NCBI GenBank assembly: GCA_002746155.1
Contig: NVWF01000007.1
Coordinates: 7,632-71,631 of the forward strand
DNA length: 64,000 bases
Origin: Gammaproteobacteria bacterium
Lineage (GTDB): Bacteria > Pseudomonadota > Gammaproteobacteria > Enterobacterales > GCA-2746155
Reading direction: 5' to 3'
This document shows, piece after piece, positions 37,159 through 46,298 of the stretch (position 1 is the stretch's first letter; each line of letters begins with the position of its first letter). The notes under the pieces are model-generated. The model worked only from the letters and a program-made list of their open reading frames with translations, was not told the DNA's origin and did no database searches. Both the position numbers and the translations under genes were made by a program.

Positions 37159-37884
37159 TTACCAGCTGATTTGATCAGGTGTTTTACGCTGATCATTGAC
37201 TTCCACATGAGTGATATTTCCGTCATTAAAATACATCACCCGATGAGCTAGTTCTGCAATGGATGCATTATGCGTAATGATAATACAGCTTGTATTGTAG
37301 CGTTGATTGACTTCAAGTAAGGCATCCAATACTACAGAACCTGTTTCACTATCTAGAGCGCCCGTGGGCTCATCACAAAGTAATACTTCAGGTCGCTTTG
37401 CCAGAGCTCTTGCTATGGCAACTCTCTGTTGTTCACCTCCGGATAACTGGGAAGGAAAATGTTTCGCCCGGGTCTCAAGTCCAACCGAAGCGAGTGCTTC
37501 TAGTGGATCCATGGGATTTGAAGAAATTTCAGTAACAAGAGCAACATTTTCCAAGGCAGTTAAACTTGGCACCAGATTATAAGCTTGGAAAACGAAACCA
37601 ATATGTTCACGGCGGAACAGGGTTAGTTGATGGTTGGAGAAAGTTGCCAAATCCTCATTCTGAAAATATACATGGCCTGATGAGGGAATATCTAGGCCAC
37701 CAATAATATTTAAAAAGGTTGACTTGCCACTACCCGAAGGCCCAAGCATCACGAGTATCTCACCTGATGGTATTTCAACGGTAACACCTCGAAGAGCATG
37801 AACTTCAGTCTCACCAGTGATATAGACTTTTTTCAGATCTTTTGTTGAAAAATTTATGGCTTTTGTTGTATTGGTTGTTGTCAT
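37159..37884 (-). CDS. ABC transporter ATP-binding protein (MacB/LolD-type)
   Basis: Walker A GPSGSGKST, signature LSGGEQQRVAIARA and Walker B LLCDEPTGALD. Confidence 0.93.
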   Translation of the reverse strand: MTTTNTTKAINFSTKDLKKVYITGETEVHALRGVTVEIPSGEILVMLGPSGSGKSTFLNIIGGLDIPSSGHVYFQNEDLATFSNHQLTLFRREHIGFVFQAYNLVPSLTALENVALVTEISSNPMDPLEALASVGLETRAKHFPSQLSGGEQQRVAIARALAKRPEVLLCDEPTGALDSETGSVVLDALLEVNQRYNTSCIIITHNASIAELAHRVMYFNDGNITHVEVNDQRKTPDQISW

Positions 37885-38070
37885 ACTTTTAATTCAAAAT
37901 AAAGGTTAGTGTTAATTGAATTCTAGCTGAAAACTACTTAACAATGAAGACGGTTGTTTCTTTCGCCTGCTCAGCTAGAAAACATGCATCTTGAGCTAGA
38001 ATGGGTATAGTATGCTTAGCGAGTAGTTTAGTTTCACTAAGCAAGATCAGTAAAAAGGAAATAATCAATT

Positions 38071-38727
38071 TTGAATGCCTGTCCATTATGCCGTAATAAT
38101 CAAATTTTAGCAGAGTATCATCAAGATAAGCATAGAACTTATGTGCAATGTTCTCGATGTAAACTAGTGATTGTTCCAGAAGAATATTTACTCACTGAAG
38201 AACAAGAAAAAGCCCAATATGATCATCATCAAAATGACCCCACCGATAAGGCGTATCAAAAATTTTTATCGAGGACTTTTGAGCCTTTAATATTAAAAAT
38301 ATCGAAAATTTTAACCAAGGCAGAAGGCTTAGATTTTGGCTGTGGTTCAGGTCCTACAATCAGTGTTATGGCAGAAGCTCTAGGAATAAAAGTTAGTAAT
38401 TATGATCTCTATTATTTTAATCACCCTGAATTATTAACAAAGCAATATGACTTTATAACCATGACAGAGGTAATAGAGCATATTGCTCAGGCAGATAATT
38501 TATTGCAGCTGCTGGATGGCCTGCTAAAGCCAAATTCAATATTAGCAGTTATGACGAAAAGAGTGATTGATAAGGAACATTTTAAGCAATGGCATTATAA
38601 AAATGATCCAACTCATATTAGATTTTACTCTGTGCAAACCTTTCAGTGGATTGCACAGCAGTTCAATTGGCAGTTAGAGATTATTGATCAGGATGTGGTG
38701 TTTTTTATAAAAAACAAACAACACTAA
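38071..38727 (+). CDS. class I SAM-dependent methyltransferase with N-terminal Cys4 zinc-ribbon
   Basis: TTG start. CPLC...CSRC lies at the N-terminus. Motif I is LDFGCGSG. The size and pattern fit the Methyltransf_11/23-like small methyltransferases. Confidence 0.7.
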   Translation: MNACPLCRNNQILAEYHQDKHRTYVQCSRCKLVIVPEEYLLTEEQEKAQYDHHQNDPTDKAYQKFLSRTFEPLILKISKILTKAEGLDFGCGSGPTISVMAEALGIKVSNYDLYYFNHPELLTKQYDFITMTEVIEHIAQADNLLQLLDGLLKPNSILAVMTKRVIDKEHFKQWHYKNDPTHIRFYSVQTFQWIAQQFNWQLEIIDQDVVFFIKNKQH

Positions 38728-38735
38728 ATAATATT

Positions 38736-39740
38736 TCAGGCTACTTTTAATATTAACTTACCAAAATTTTCACCTCGAAATAGCTTAAGTAATACTTCAG
38801 GAAAGTTTTCCAGTCCAACTTCAATATGCTCGCGAGATTTTAATTTACCTTCAGCAATCCAAGCTCCCATTTGTTGAGCGGCTGCACCGTAGTTGGCTGC
38901 ATTGTCGAACACAACAATACCTTCCATTCGTGCACGGTTGACCAATAGAGATAAATAATTACTCGGTCCTTTTATTGCTGTGGTGTTATTGTATTGGGAT
39001 ATTGCTCCGCAAATAACTATTCTGGCTTTAAATCTTATTTGAGCCAATACAGCATCGAGAGTGTCTCCACCAACATTATCAAAAAACACATCAATGCCTT
39101 TAGGGCAATGAGTTCTAAGGGCTTTGCTGAGATCTTCTGATTTGTAATCTATAGCAGAATCGAATCCCAGTTCATCAACGAGGTATTTGCATTTGTCTTC
39201 GCCGCCTGCAATACCTACAACATGACATCCTTTTATTTTAGCAATTTGTCCAACCACTGAGCCTACAGCTCCAGCTGCACCTGATACTACCACCGTCTCA
39301 CCTTCTTTAGGTTGTCCTGTATCGAGCAATCCAAAATAACCGGTAATGCCAGGCATACCTAAAGTACTAAGATAAAGAGGAAGAGGTGCTAGGTTTGCAT
39401 CTACCTTGACTAATTCACTGACCTTGATGGCTACATACTCTTGTACACCTAGCATGCCATTAGCATGATCTCCCACTTCAAAGGCATCATCCTTTGACTC
39501 TATCACTACACCGATACCTCCAGCGCGCATTACTTCTCCTATCCCAACAGGAGCTATATAGGATTTCCCTTCATTCATCCAGCCACGCATGGCAGGATCA
39601 ATGGAAAGGTAAAGAACTTTTATCAGTACCTGACCATCTTCAATGGTAGGAATTTCAGCAGAACTGATATCCCAATCTGATAGTTTAGGAAGTCCCACAG
39701 GGCGGTTAATGAGTTTGACTTGGCTATTTTGATTAGACAT
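38736..39740 (-). CDS. NADP-dependent oxidoreductase (medium-chain reductase, YncB/CurA/PTGR1-like)
   Basis: 334 aa with GETVVVSGAAGAVGSVVGQIAK. Lacks zinc ligands, which is typical of alkenal/one reductases. Confidence 0.85.
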   Translation of the reverse strand: MSNQNSQVKLINRPVGLPKLSDWDISSAEIPTIEDGQVLIKVLYLSIDPAMRGWMNEGKSYIAPVGIGEVMRAGGIGVVIESKDDAFEVGDHANGMLGVQEYVAIKVSELVKVDANLAPLPLYLSTLGMPGITGYFGLLDTGQPKEGETVVVSGAAGAVGSVVGQIAKIKGCHVVGIAGGEDKCKYLVDELGFDSAIDYKSEDLSKALRTHCPKGIDVFFDNVGGDTLDAVLAQIRFKARIVICGAISQYNNTTAIKGPSNYLSLLVNRARMEGIVVFDNAANYGAAAQQMGAWIAEGKLKSREHIEVGLENFPEVLLKLFRGENFGKLILKVA

Positions 39741-39851
39741 ATTTGACCTAGGTTGATTGAATTAATCGAATATTAATATTCAATGTACAATTAATTGAAA
39801 TAGATAGCAATTGCTGATTATACAACTTAAAAAGGTTTTAGGATTAGTAAT

Positions 39852-40595
39852 CTAATCTGGTATTAAAAGTTCAATCAGATCTCCAATTTTGGCCAGATTC
39901 AATTCCCCAGCACAGTTACCTGAATTTGGTTTGCCATCACAATCATAATAATGAAGGTCACCTCTGATATAGGCTATTTCATCACTGAATAAATTTCTAA
40001 AATCAGGGGATAAATTTTTATTGTCTAGTATTTTCCTTAGGTTTATTTTTTTAGATTGTAGAGCCGCTAAAATACGTTGTTTCTTTTTACCTTTTGGGTT
40101 TTTATCAAGGGCTATAAATATTCGGGACAATTTGTAAGGGTCTTGCTTTTGCAAACCTAGTCGTTGAATATTTGAAAGGCAATCCACGGTTCCGGTGTTC
40201 TTTTTATGGACTTCACAATCATCAAATATTTTCTGTTGGTATGTTAGTGCATCCTCTTGCATAACATTGCTGATTGAAGCACTAAGCCTAGCAAAATTAA
40301 TAGCAGCAGGTTTTGTTGCTGGTTCGACTGAAGAGGTTTGTATTGATGATGGTTTTTGCTTTACTGCAGCAATGTTTGTTTTACTAATTTCTTTTTTTAA
40401 AGTTATCGGTTTAGGCTCAGCTTCATCCACCTCAAGCTTATCTGGGACTGCTAATAAGCTTTCTACTTTAGGCAGTGGTTTTTTTAAGATATAAGCTCTT
40501 ATCTTAGGCCCTGGGTTTTTAGTGTTGGCATCATTGATAAGAAGAGTTCGAGAGATTTGGTGGTAATAAATAAACAGCAATACAACAACATGCAA
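39852..40595 (-). CDS. hypothetical protein with N-terminal membrane anchor and Lys/Pro-rich linker (TonB/TolA-like anchor?); start uncertain
   Basis: 247-aa ORF starting at a TTG. The hydrophobic helix appears to begin upstream of this start, in an in-frame stop-free extension (to 40721) that has no ATG, GTG or TTG. Confidence 0.45.
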   Translation of the reverse strand: MHVVVLLFIYYHQISRTLLINDANTKNPGPKIRAYILKKPLPKVESLLAVPDKLEVDEAEPKPITLKKEISKTNIAAVKQKPSSIQTSSVEPATKPAAINFARLSASISNVMQEDALTYQQKIFDDCEVHKKNTGTVDCLSNIQRLGLQKQDPYKLSRIFIALDKNPKGKKKQRILAALQSKKINLRKILDNKNLSPDFRNLFSDEIAYIRGDLHYYDCDGKPNSGNCAGELNLAKIGDLIELLIPD

Positions 40596-40828
40596 TAAAA
40601 GGCTTACAGCAATGCTAACTTTAAAGGCTTTTGATTGTTGAGGCCCTTTGTTAGATAAAGTGTTAGAAAAAGTAGGGGATAAATTATTAGATAAAGTGGT
40701 AATTTTGGATTTTCCAAAGACTTAAGTAGTTCTTTCGAGGCTTAAAAAGATAAAAGGTTCAAAACAAAGTTGAGTAACATCTATAGAAAATGTAAAGATC
40801 TATAAGTTTGCGAACTTAAATGATAGCC

Positions 40829-42208
40829 TTATCGCTGCGGATTTCTAGATTTCTGATTGTTGCGATTGTTGTTACCTTGTGGGGAAGGTTTTGGATGACG
40901 AGAACGACTAGGCCTCTTATTATTACCCGATGGTTTGTTGCCTTTGGCATTAGAACCAGAGCGCTGTCCATCCATATGGCCGGTTTTAGGTCTCTTGGGC
41001 TTATTTGATTTAATAGGACGATTGTCTAATCTCGAAACAGGTAGATCATGAACTGGCTCAAACCCATCCACTAGTTTTCTTTCTAACAGCTGCTTAATAA
41101 GGCGTTCAATATCCTGGAGTTGCTTTATTTCATCGGCGCAAACAAGGGATACTGCCTGACCTGATGCGCCTGCCCGTCCCGTACGTCCAATGCGATGGAC
41201 ATAGTCTTCAGGAACATTGGGTAGATCAAAGTTAACCACCTGTGGCAAGTCATTAATATCCAAACCTCGTGCAGCGATATCCGTTGCCACCAAGACTTGA
41301 ACCTTGCCCTTTTTAAATTCTTCCAAGGCCTTAGTTCGAGCATTTTGACTTTTATTACCATGAATAGCCTGAGATTTGATCCCCCTAGTCTCTAAAAATC
41401 GTGTTAAACGATTAGCGCCATGTTTTGTTCTCGAAAACACTAATACCTGATGCCATTGATGTTCTTTTATCAAATGAGTGAGTAGGGCAGACTTCTGTTT
41501 TTTATCTACTGGACAAATCCACTGTTTAACTGACTTAACCGTGGTATTTCTCGGGCTGACTGATATTTCAAGGGGATTATTAACCATACCCTTAGCGAGG
41601 TTTCTAATCTCCTGTGAAAAAGTTGCTGAGAAAAGCAGGTTTTGACGGTTTTTGGGTAAGGCATTAAGGATTTTCTTAATATCATGGATAAAGCCCATAT
41701 CCAACATACGATCAGCCTCATCGAGAACGAGTACTTCCAAGGTATCAAATTTAATGGCATTTTGATTATATAAATCGAGTAGTCGACCAGGTGTGGCAAC
41801 TAAAATATCGACACCTTTACGAAGTTTCATCATCTGAGGGTTGATCTTAACACCACCAAATACTACCGCTGACCGTAGGGGCAAGTACTTACCATAGGTA
41901 GCTACACTTTCTTGCACTTGAGCTGCTAGTTCTCGAGTCGGGGTTAATACCAAAGTTCGTACCTCATTAGCTCTGGCTAGTTTGCCCTTTGATAGACGCT
42001 CTAAAATCGGTAGAGTAAAACCAGCCGTTTTACCTGTTCCGGTTTGGGCGGCAGCCATAACATCCTGACCTTGTAAAATAGCAGGGATAGCTTGGGCTTG
42101 GATGGGTGATGGAGTGTCATATCCCTGTTCAGCAACAGCCCGTTGAATATCCGCTGATAAATCCATTTCAGCAAAGCTTTTGGCATTCGTTTTATTGGTA
42201 TTGGTCAT
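40829..42208 (-). CDS. rhlE: ATP-dependent DEAD-box RNA helicase RhlE
   Basis: Has [25 protein letters not shown] and [10 protein letters not shown], plus an Arg/Lys/Asn-rich C-terminal tail. Confidence 0.92.
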   Translation of the reverse strand: MTNTNKTNAKSFAEMDLSADIQRAVAEQGYDTPSPIQAQAIPAILQGQDVMAAAQTGTGKTAGFTLPILERLSKGKLARANEVRTLVLTPTRELAAQVQESVATYGKYLPLRSAVVFGGVKINPQMMKLRKGVDILVATPGRLLDLYNQNAIKFDTLEVLVLDEADRMLDMGFIHDIKKILNALPKNRQNLLFSATFSQEIRNLAKGMVNNPLEISVSPRNTTVKSVKQWICPVDKKQKSALLTHLIKEHQWHQVLVFSRTKHGANRLTRFLETRGIKSQAIHGNKSQNARTKALEEFKKGKVQVLVATDIAARGLDINDLPQVVNFDLPNVPEDYVHRIGRTGRAGASGQAVSLVCADEIKQLQDIERLIKQLLERKLVDGFEPVHDLPVSRLDNRPIKSNKPKRPKTGHMDGQRSGSNAKGNKPSGNNKRPSRSRHPKPSPQGNNNRNNQKSRNPQR

Positions 42209-42367
42209 GTTTGATGCTTAGTTTTATTGCTCAATAATCGAGCGGGCGTGCAGTTTACAATAACTTCTCGAGGATCGCTATTAAATCAGATTTCTTTACA
42301 TACTTTATAAACCAAAGAGGGCATAATTGTGACAAATAACGCTCTTTTAACCTGGAAGTAGCAATTC

Positions 42368-42424
42368 ATGGTCAGTAACTAATGGTCAGTAAGATAATGG
42401 TCAATAACTAGTGGTTAATAAAGA
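42368..42424 (+). repeat. four tandem 14-15 bp direct repeats abutting the gpmI start codon
   Basis: The copies are atggtcagtaacta (42368-81), atggtcagtaagata (42382-96), atggtcaataacta (42397-410) and gtggttaataaaga (42411-24). The gpmI ATG follows at 42425, and its first codons (atgactcagaaaa) resemble a fifth copy. Confidence 0.8.
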
Positions 42425-43972
42425 ATGACTCAGAAAATTAAACCCTTGGCTCTCATTATTTTAGATGGCTGGGGTTATAGTGAAGATCCAAAAGATAACG
42501 CCATCTTAAATGCCTCTACTCCCAACATGGATAAATTATGGCAAGAAGACTGTCATAGTCTTATTTCAGCTTCGGGTATTGATGTAGGTTTACCAGCGGA
42601 TCAAATGGGTAATTCTGAAGTGGGGCACTTAAATCTAGGTGCTGGCAGAGTTGTTTACCAGGACTTTACGCGTATTTCTAAAGCCATTGATGATAAAGAA
42701 TTCCAAACTAATGCAGCCTTAGTAGAGGCCATTCGACGGGTTAATCAAAAGCAATCAGCTTTACATATTATGGGGCTATTATCTCCAGGTGGTGTACACA
42801 GCCATGAACAGCATATCCATGCCATGATTGAAATGGCAGTTGAGCAGGGTGTTGAAAAAATTTACTTGCATGGCTTTCTTGATGGCCGAGACACACCACC
42901 ACGCAGTGCTAAGGCGTCTATTGAGGGAGTCGAAGCTATTTTTGAGAAACTCGGTCGGGGTAGAATTGTTTCCTTAGTAGGTCGTTATTATGCCATGGAT
43001 AGGGATAATCGATGGGACAGGGTTGAGCGTGCTTATAATCTTCTCACCATTAAGCAAGCTGATTACACTACCAATACCGCCCTTGAGGGACTTCAACAGG
43101 CCTATAATCGTGGTGAAAATGATGAGTTCGTATGTCCAACCTTAGTTGGAGAGGCTCTAGCCATAGAGGATGATGATGCCATTATCTTTATGAATTTTAG
43201 AGCTGACAGGGCAAGGGAAATTACTCGCGCCTTTGTTGATCAGGATTTTTCAGACTTTGTGCAAAAAAAGCGTCCAAAACTATCGGATTTTGTGATGCTG
43301 ACCTCTTATGCTGAAACGATTGAAGCAAGTATTGCTTTTGAAAAGTTGAAGATCCCTAATGTATTGGGGGAATACTTACAAAACCAAAATCTTAAACAGC
43401 TTCGAATAGCAGAAACTGAAAAATATGCCCATGTGACATTTTTCTTTAGTGGTGGTGTGGAGCAGCCTTATGAAGGAGAAGATCGTATTTTAATCCCGTC
43501 CCCAGATGTTGCAACCTATGATTTACAACCAGAAATGAATGCTCCACTTCTGACTGACAAGCTCGTTGCAGCCATAAAAGTTGATAAATATGACTTAATC
43601 ATCTGTAATTTTGCTAATCCAGATATGGTTGGACACACGGGTAATTTCCCTGCCACTGTTAAGGCCATTGAAGCCTTGGATATTTGTGTGGGTAAGCTCA
43701 TATTAGCTTTAGATGATGCTAAGGGTGAATGTATCATCACAGCGGATCACGGCAATGCAGAAAAAATGACTGATCACATCAGCGGTCAAGCACACACTGC
43801 CCATACCTCAGGTCCAGTACCCTTTATCTATCATGGAAGGACTGCACAGATGCTGCATTGTGATGGCACCTTGTCAGATATTGCACCTACCCTACTATAT
43901 TTAATGGGGCAATCAATCCCTGATGAGATGACGGGAAGAGTCCTATTGCAATTTACTAAAGATAAGCACTGA
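42425..43972 (+). CDS. gpmI: 2,3-bisphosphoglycerate-independent phosphoglycerate mutase
   Basis: 515 aa with [31 protein letters not shown] and ITADHGNAE. Confidence 0.95.
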   Translation: MTQKIKPLALIILDGWGYSEDPKDNAILNASTPNMDKLWQEDCHSLISASGIDVGLPADQMGNSEVGHLNLGAGRVVYQDFTRISKAIDDKEFQTNAALVEAIRRVNQKQSALHIMGLLSPGGVHSHEQHIHAMIEMAVEQGVEKIYLHGFLDGRDTPPRSAKASIEGVEAIFEKLGRGRIVSLVGRYYAMDRDNRWDRVERAYNLLTIKQADYTTNTALEGLQQAYNRGENDEFVCPTLVGEALAIEDDDAIIFMNFRADRAREITRAFVDQDFSDFVQKKRPKLSDFVMLTSYAETIEASIAFEKLKIPNVLGEYLQNQNLKQLRIAETEKYAHVTFFFSGGVEQPYEGEDRILIPSPDVATYDLQPEMNAPLLTDKLVAAIKVDKYDLIICNFANPDMVGHTGNFPATVKAIEALDICVGKLILALDDAKGECIITADHGNAEKMTDHISGQAHTAHTSGPVPFIYHGRTAQMLHCDGTLSDIAPTLLYLMGQSIPDEMTGRVLLQFTKDKH

Positions 43973-43982
43973 GAGCCTTATT

Positions 43983-45167
43983 TTGTCGTTAAAGTCACCC
44001 CAACTTTTTCTAGTTGCACTACTCACCACAGGACTTTTTTTAGCTGCTGATGTAGAAATACAGGCTGCTGACTCAGATGATTCAAGATCACAGAGACGGG
44101 AAGCCACCCAAAAAGAACTGAAGGTTCTACAGAAGAACATTAAGACACTTCAGACTAATCAAGCAAAAAATCGCTCCTCCTTGACCAAGGAACAAAAGGC
44201 GCTAAAACGTACCGATGTGCTCATTGGACAATCAAGAAAATCCCTAGAAAAAGCCCGCAGCAACTTGCGAAAAAGTCGCTCTAAACTAAAGGCCCTTAAG
44301 GCACAAAGGAAGCGATTACACAAAGATAAAAGTAACCAACAAGAGGCCTTATCCGATCAAATAAAGGCAGCCTACGCAGGAGGCAAACAAGAATATTTAA
44401 AAATGCTATTCAATCAGGAAGATCCGGCTAAACTCGGCAGGACCTTGGTTTATTACGATTATTTAAATAAGGCGAGGGCTGAAAAAATTCAGTTATTTAA
44501 TACCACTCTTGAAAAATTGGCTCAAGTTGAACTTGAGATAATTGCCGAACAAAAGCAATTAGAATTACATGAGAGGGATCTAGAAAAGGAGAATAAACGA
44601 CTAGTTGCATTAAAAGGTAAACGCCAACAAGCAATCGTTGCCCTAAAGCGTTCCTTTAATGATAATTCAAAAAGACTAATAGAATGGCAGTTAAACGAAA
44701 GTGACTTAAGTTCACTGCTTGAAGCCTTAAAGCAAACGGTTACAAGATTAATACCGGAAGAATCACTCAACGGATTAGCCAGACTCAAGGGTAAATTAAA
44801 TTGGCCAGTCAAAGGACGCCTCAAGGAAAAATTCGGACGGCTAAGAAGCAGTGACCAAATTCGTTGGAGTGGGGTATTAATCGCAGCGAATGAAGGCGCC
44901 AGTGTAAGAGCCATCCACAACGGCAGAATAGTGTATTCAGACTACCTAAGAGGCTTCGGATTAATCACCATAATTGATCACGGTAAAGGTTACATGAGTC
45001 TTTATGGTCACAACGAAGCCCTTTACAAACAACCTGGTGACTGGGTAGAAGCAGGAGAGCAAATTGCCACGGTAGGTCAAAGCGGTGGTTACCCATCAAC
45101 AGGCCTCTACTTCGAAATTCGCCTACGCTCAAAAGCGCTAAACCCAGTAAGATTCATAAAAAAGTAA
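43983..45167 (+). CDS. envC: murein hydrolase activator EnvC (coiled coil + degenerate LytM/M23 domain)
   Basis: TTG start, signal peptide and a long coiled coil. The C-terminal M23 domain reads GVLIAANEGASVRAIHNGRIVYSDYLRGFGLITIIDHGKGYMSLYGH. Follows gpmI as in E. coli and Pseudomonas. Confidence 0.85.
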   Translation: MSLKSPQLFLVALLTTGLFLAADVEIQAADSDDSRSQRREATQKELKVLQKNIKTLQTNQAKNRSSLTKEQKALKRTDVLIGQSRKSLEKARSNLRKSRSKLKALKAQRKRLHKDKSNQQEALSDQIKAAYAGGKQEYLKMLFNQEDPAKLGRTLVYYDYLNKARAEKIQLFNTTLEKLAQVELEIIAEQKQLELHERDLEKENKRLVALKGKRQQAIVALKRSFNDNSKRLIEWQLNESDLSSLLEALKQTVTRLIPEESLNGLARLKGKLNWPVKGRLKEKFGRLRSSDQIRWSGVLIAANEGASVRAIHNGRIVYSDYLRGFGLITIIDHGKGYMSLYGHNEALYKQPGDWVEAGEQIATVGQSGGYPSTGLYFEIRLRSKALNPVRFIKK

Positions 45168-45234
45168 ATTAAGAGCGCTCTGGCAAAGAATAGTCTCTTT
45201 CATTGTTAAAATGTATGAGTATCAATTATCTCAT

Positions 45235-46245
45235 TTACTTTCTGCTGAGATTTTGTAGTTTGTTGTTAAGTGTTTGAAAAAATACTTTTATATCTGCAAC
45301 GTCTTTTTTGTTTAATCTTATGCCTAACTGATGCCACCCTGTGTCTAAAATTGCCTTATCTATAGATGCTGCGGCTCCATCATGAAAGTAGGGTGCTGTG
45401 TTTAATATATTACGTAAAGAAGGTACTTTGAAAAAATAATTATCTGCAGGATTACCTGTTACTTGAGCAACGCCTCTATCTTTCTTGTTAGGGTAGGAAT
45501 GCACTAGCCCCATTTTCATAAACAGTTGTCCTCCTAATAAGGAGCCGTTATGACAAGCCACACACCCTTTAGAAATAAAGACTTCTAGGCCCCTTTTTTC
45601 ATCACTATCAATCGCATCTATCCTTCCTGATAGATATTCATCAAATCGGTCCCTTGTTATTAACGTTCTTTGAAATGAAGCTAATGCGTTTGAAATGTTC
45701 TGCAAATTAATTGGATGAGCCTCATTTGGGTAAGCTTTTTTAAAATCTGGAAAATAGTTTATTTTTTTAAGTCGAGAAACAACTTCAATCTCAGAAGGCA
45801 TAGCCATTTCATCGGGGTTAAAAATGGGAAATGATGCCTGTTCTTCCAAATCTTTAGCCCGACCATCCCAAAACTGGGCAACATGCATACCTGCATTCCA
45901 AGTAGTAGGCGCATTGCGTAAGCCCACTTTTCCTAAAGCCCCAATTGAGGTTTGTAAATTATCAACTCCAGCAGCATTATTACTAATGTTATGACAACTA
46001 TTACAAGATTGTGTACGGTTTACAGATAAGGAGGTTTCAAAGTATAGTTTATTGCCTAGAGTGATTTGCTCAGGAGAATCCTTGTCACTACCTGGCATAG
46101 ATTGAGGAAGAGGACTAAAAAATGAAACGGAAGTTTCAAATAACGAGTCTTTAGCATTAACCTGTGTGGAAAAGAGCACAGAAAACCACAGAAACAATAT
46201 AATACTATACTTTAAAAAAATCATAAAATTGAATGTAGGTCTCAT
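45235..46245 (-). CDS. di-haem cytochrome c peroxidase (CCP/MauG family)
   Basis: Two CxxCH sites (CNSCH, CVACH), plus FWDGRA and PSLRNI..TAPYFHDG. The start is taken at ATG 46245 (MRPTFNFMIFLKYSIILFLWFSVLFSTQVNA, a signal peptide). The track start is a GTG at 46257. Confidence 0.88.
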   Translation of the reverse strand: MRPTFNFMIFLKYSIILFLWFSVLFSTQVNAKDSLFETSVSFFSPLPQSMPGSDKDSPEQITLGNKLYFETSLSVNRTQSCNSCHNISNNAAGVDNLQTSIGALGKVGLRNAPTTWNAGMHVAQFWDGRAKDLEEQASFPIFNPDEMAMPSEIEVVSRLKKINYFPDFKKAYPNEAHPINLQNISNALASFQRTLITRDRFDEYLSGRIDAIDSDEKRGLEVFISKGCVACHNGSLLGGQLFMKMGLVHSYPNKKDRGVAQVTGNPADNYFFKVPSLRNILNTAPYFHDGAAASIDKAILDTGWHQLGIRLNKKDVADIKVFFQTLNNKLQNLSRK

Positions 46246-46298
46246 AGTTAATGCCACTAGCTATTAACTAGTGGCATTAATTTGTGGCTGAAAGACAT

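Noticed and set aside
42368-42424. CRISPR-like array
   Set aside because: The repeats are 14-15 bp, directly abutting with no spacers, and no cas genes are present. It is reported instead as a tandem repeat. No CRISPR array is present anywhere in the window.
46250-46278. Hairpin aatgccactag/ctagtggcatt between katG and ccp as an intrinsic terminator
   Set aside because: The stem is perfect (11 bp), but no U-run follows in the minus-strand orientation and it abuts the ccp start region. It cannot be called a terminator from sequence alone and is mentioned under the peroxide-module finding.
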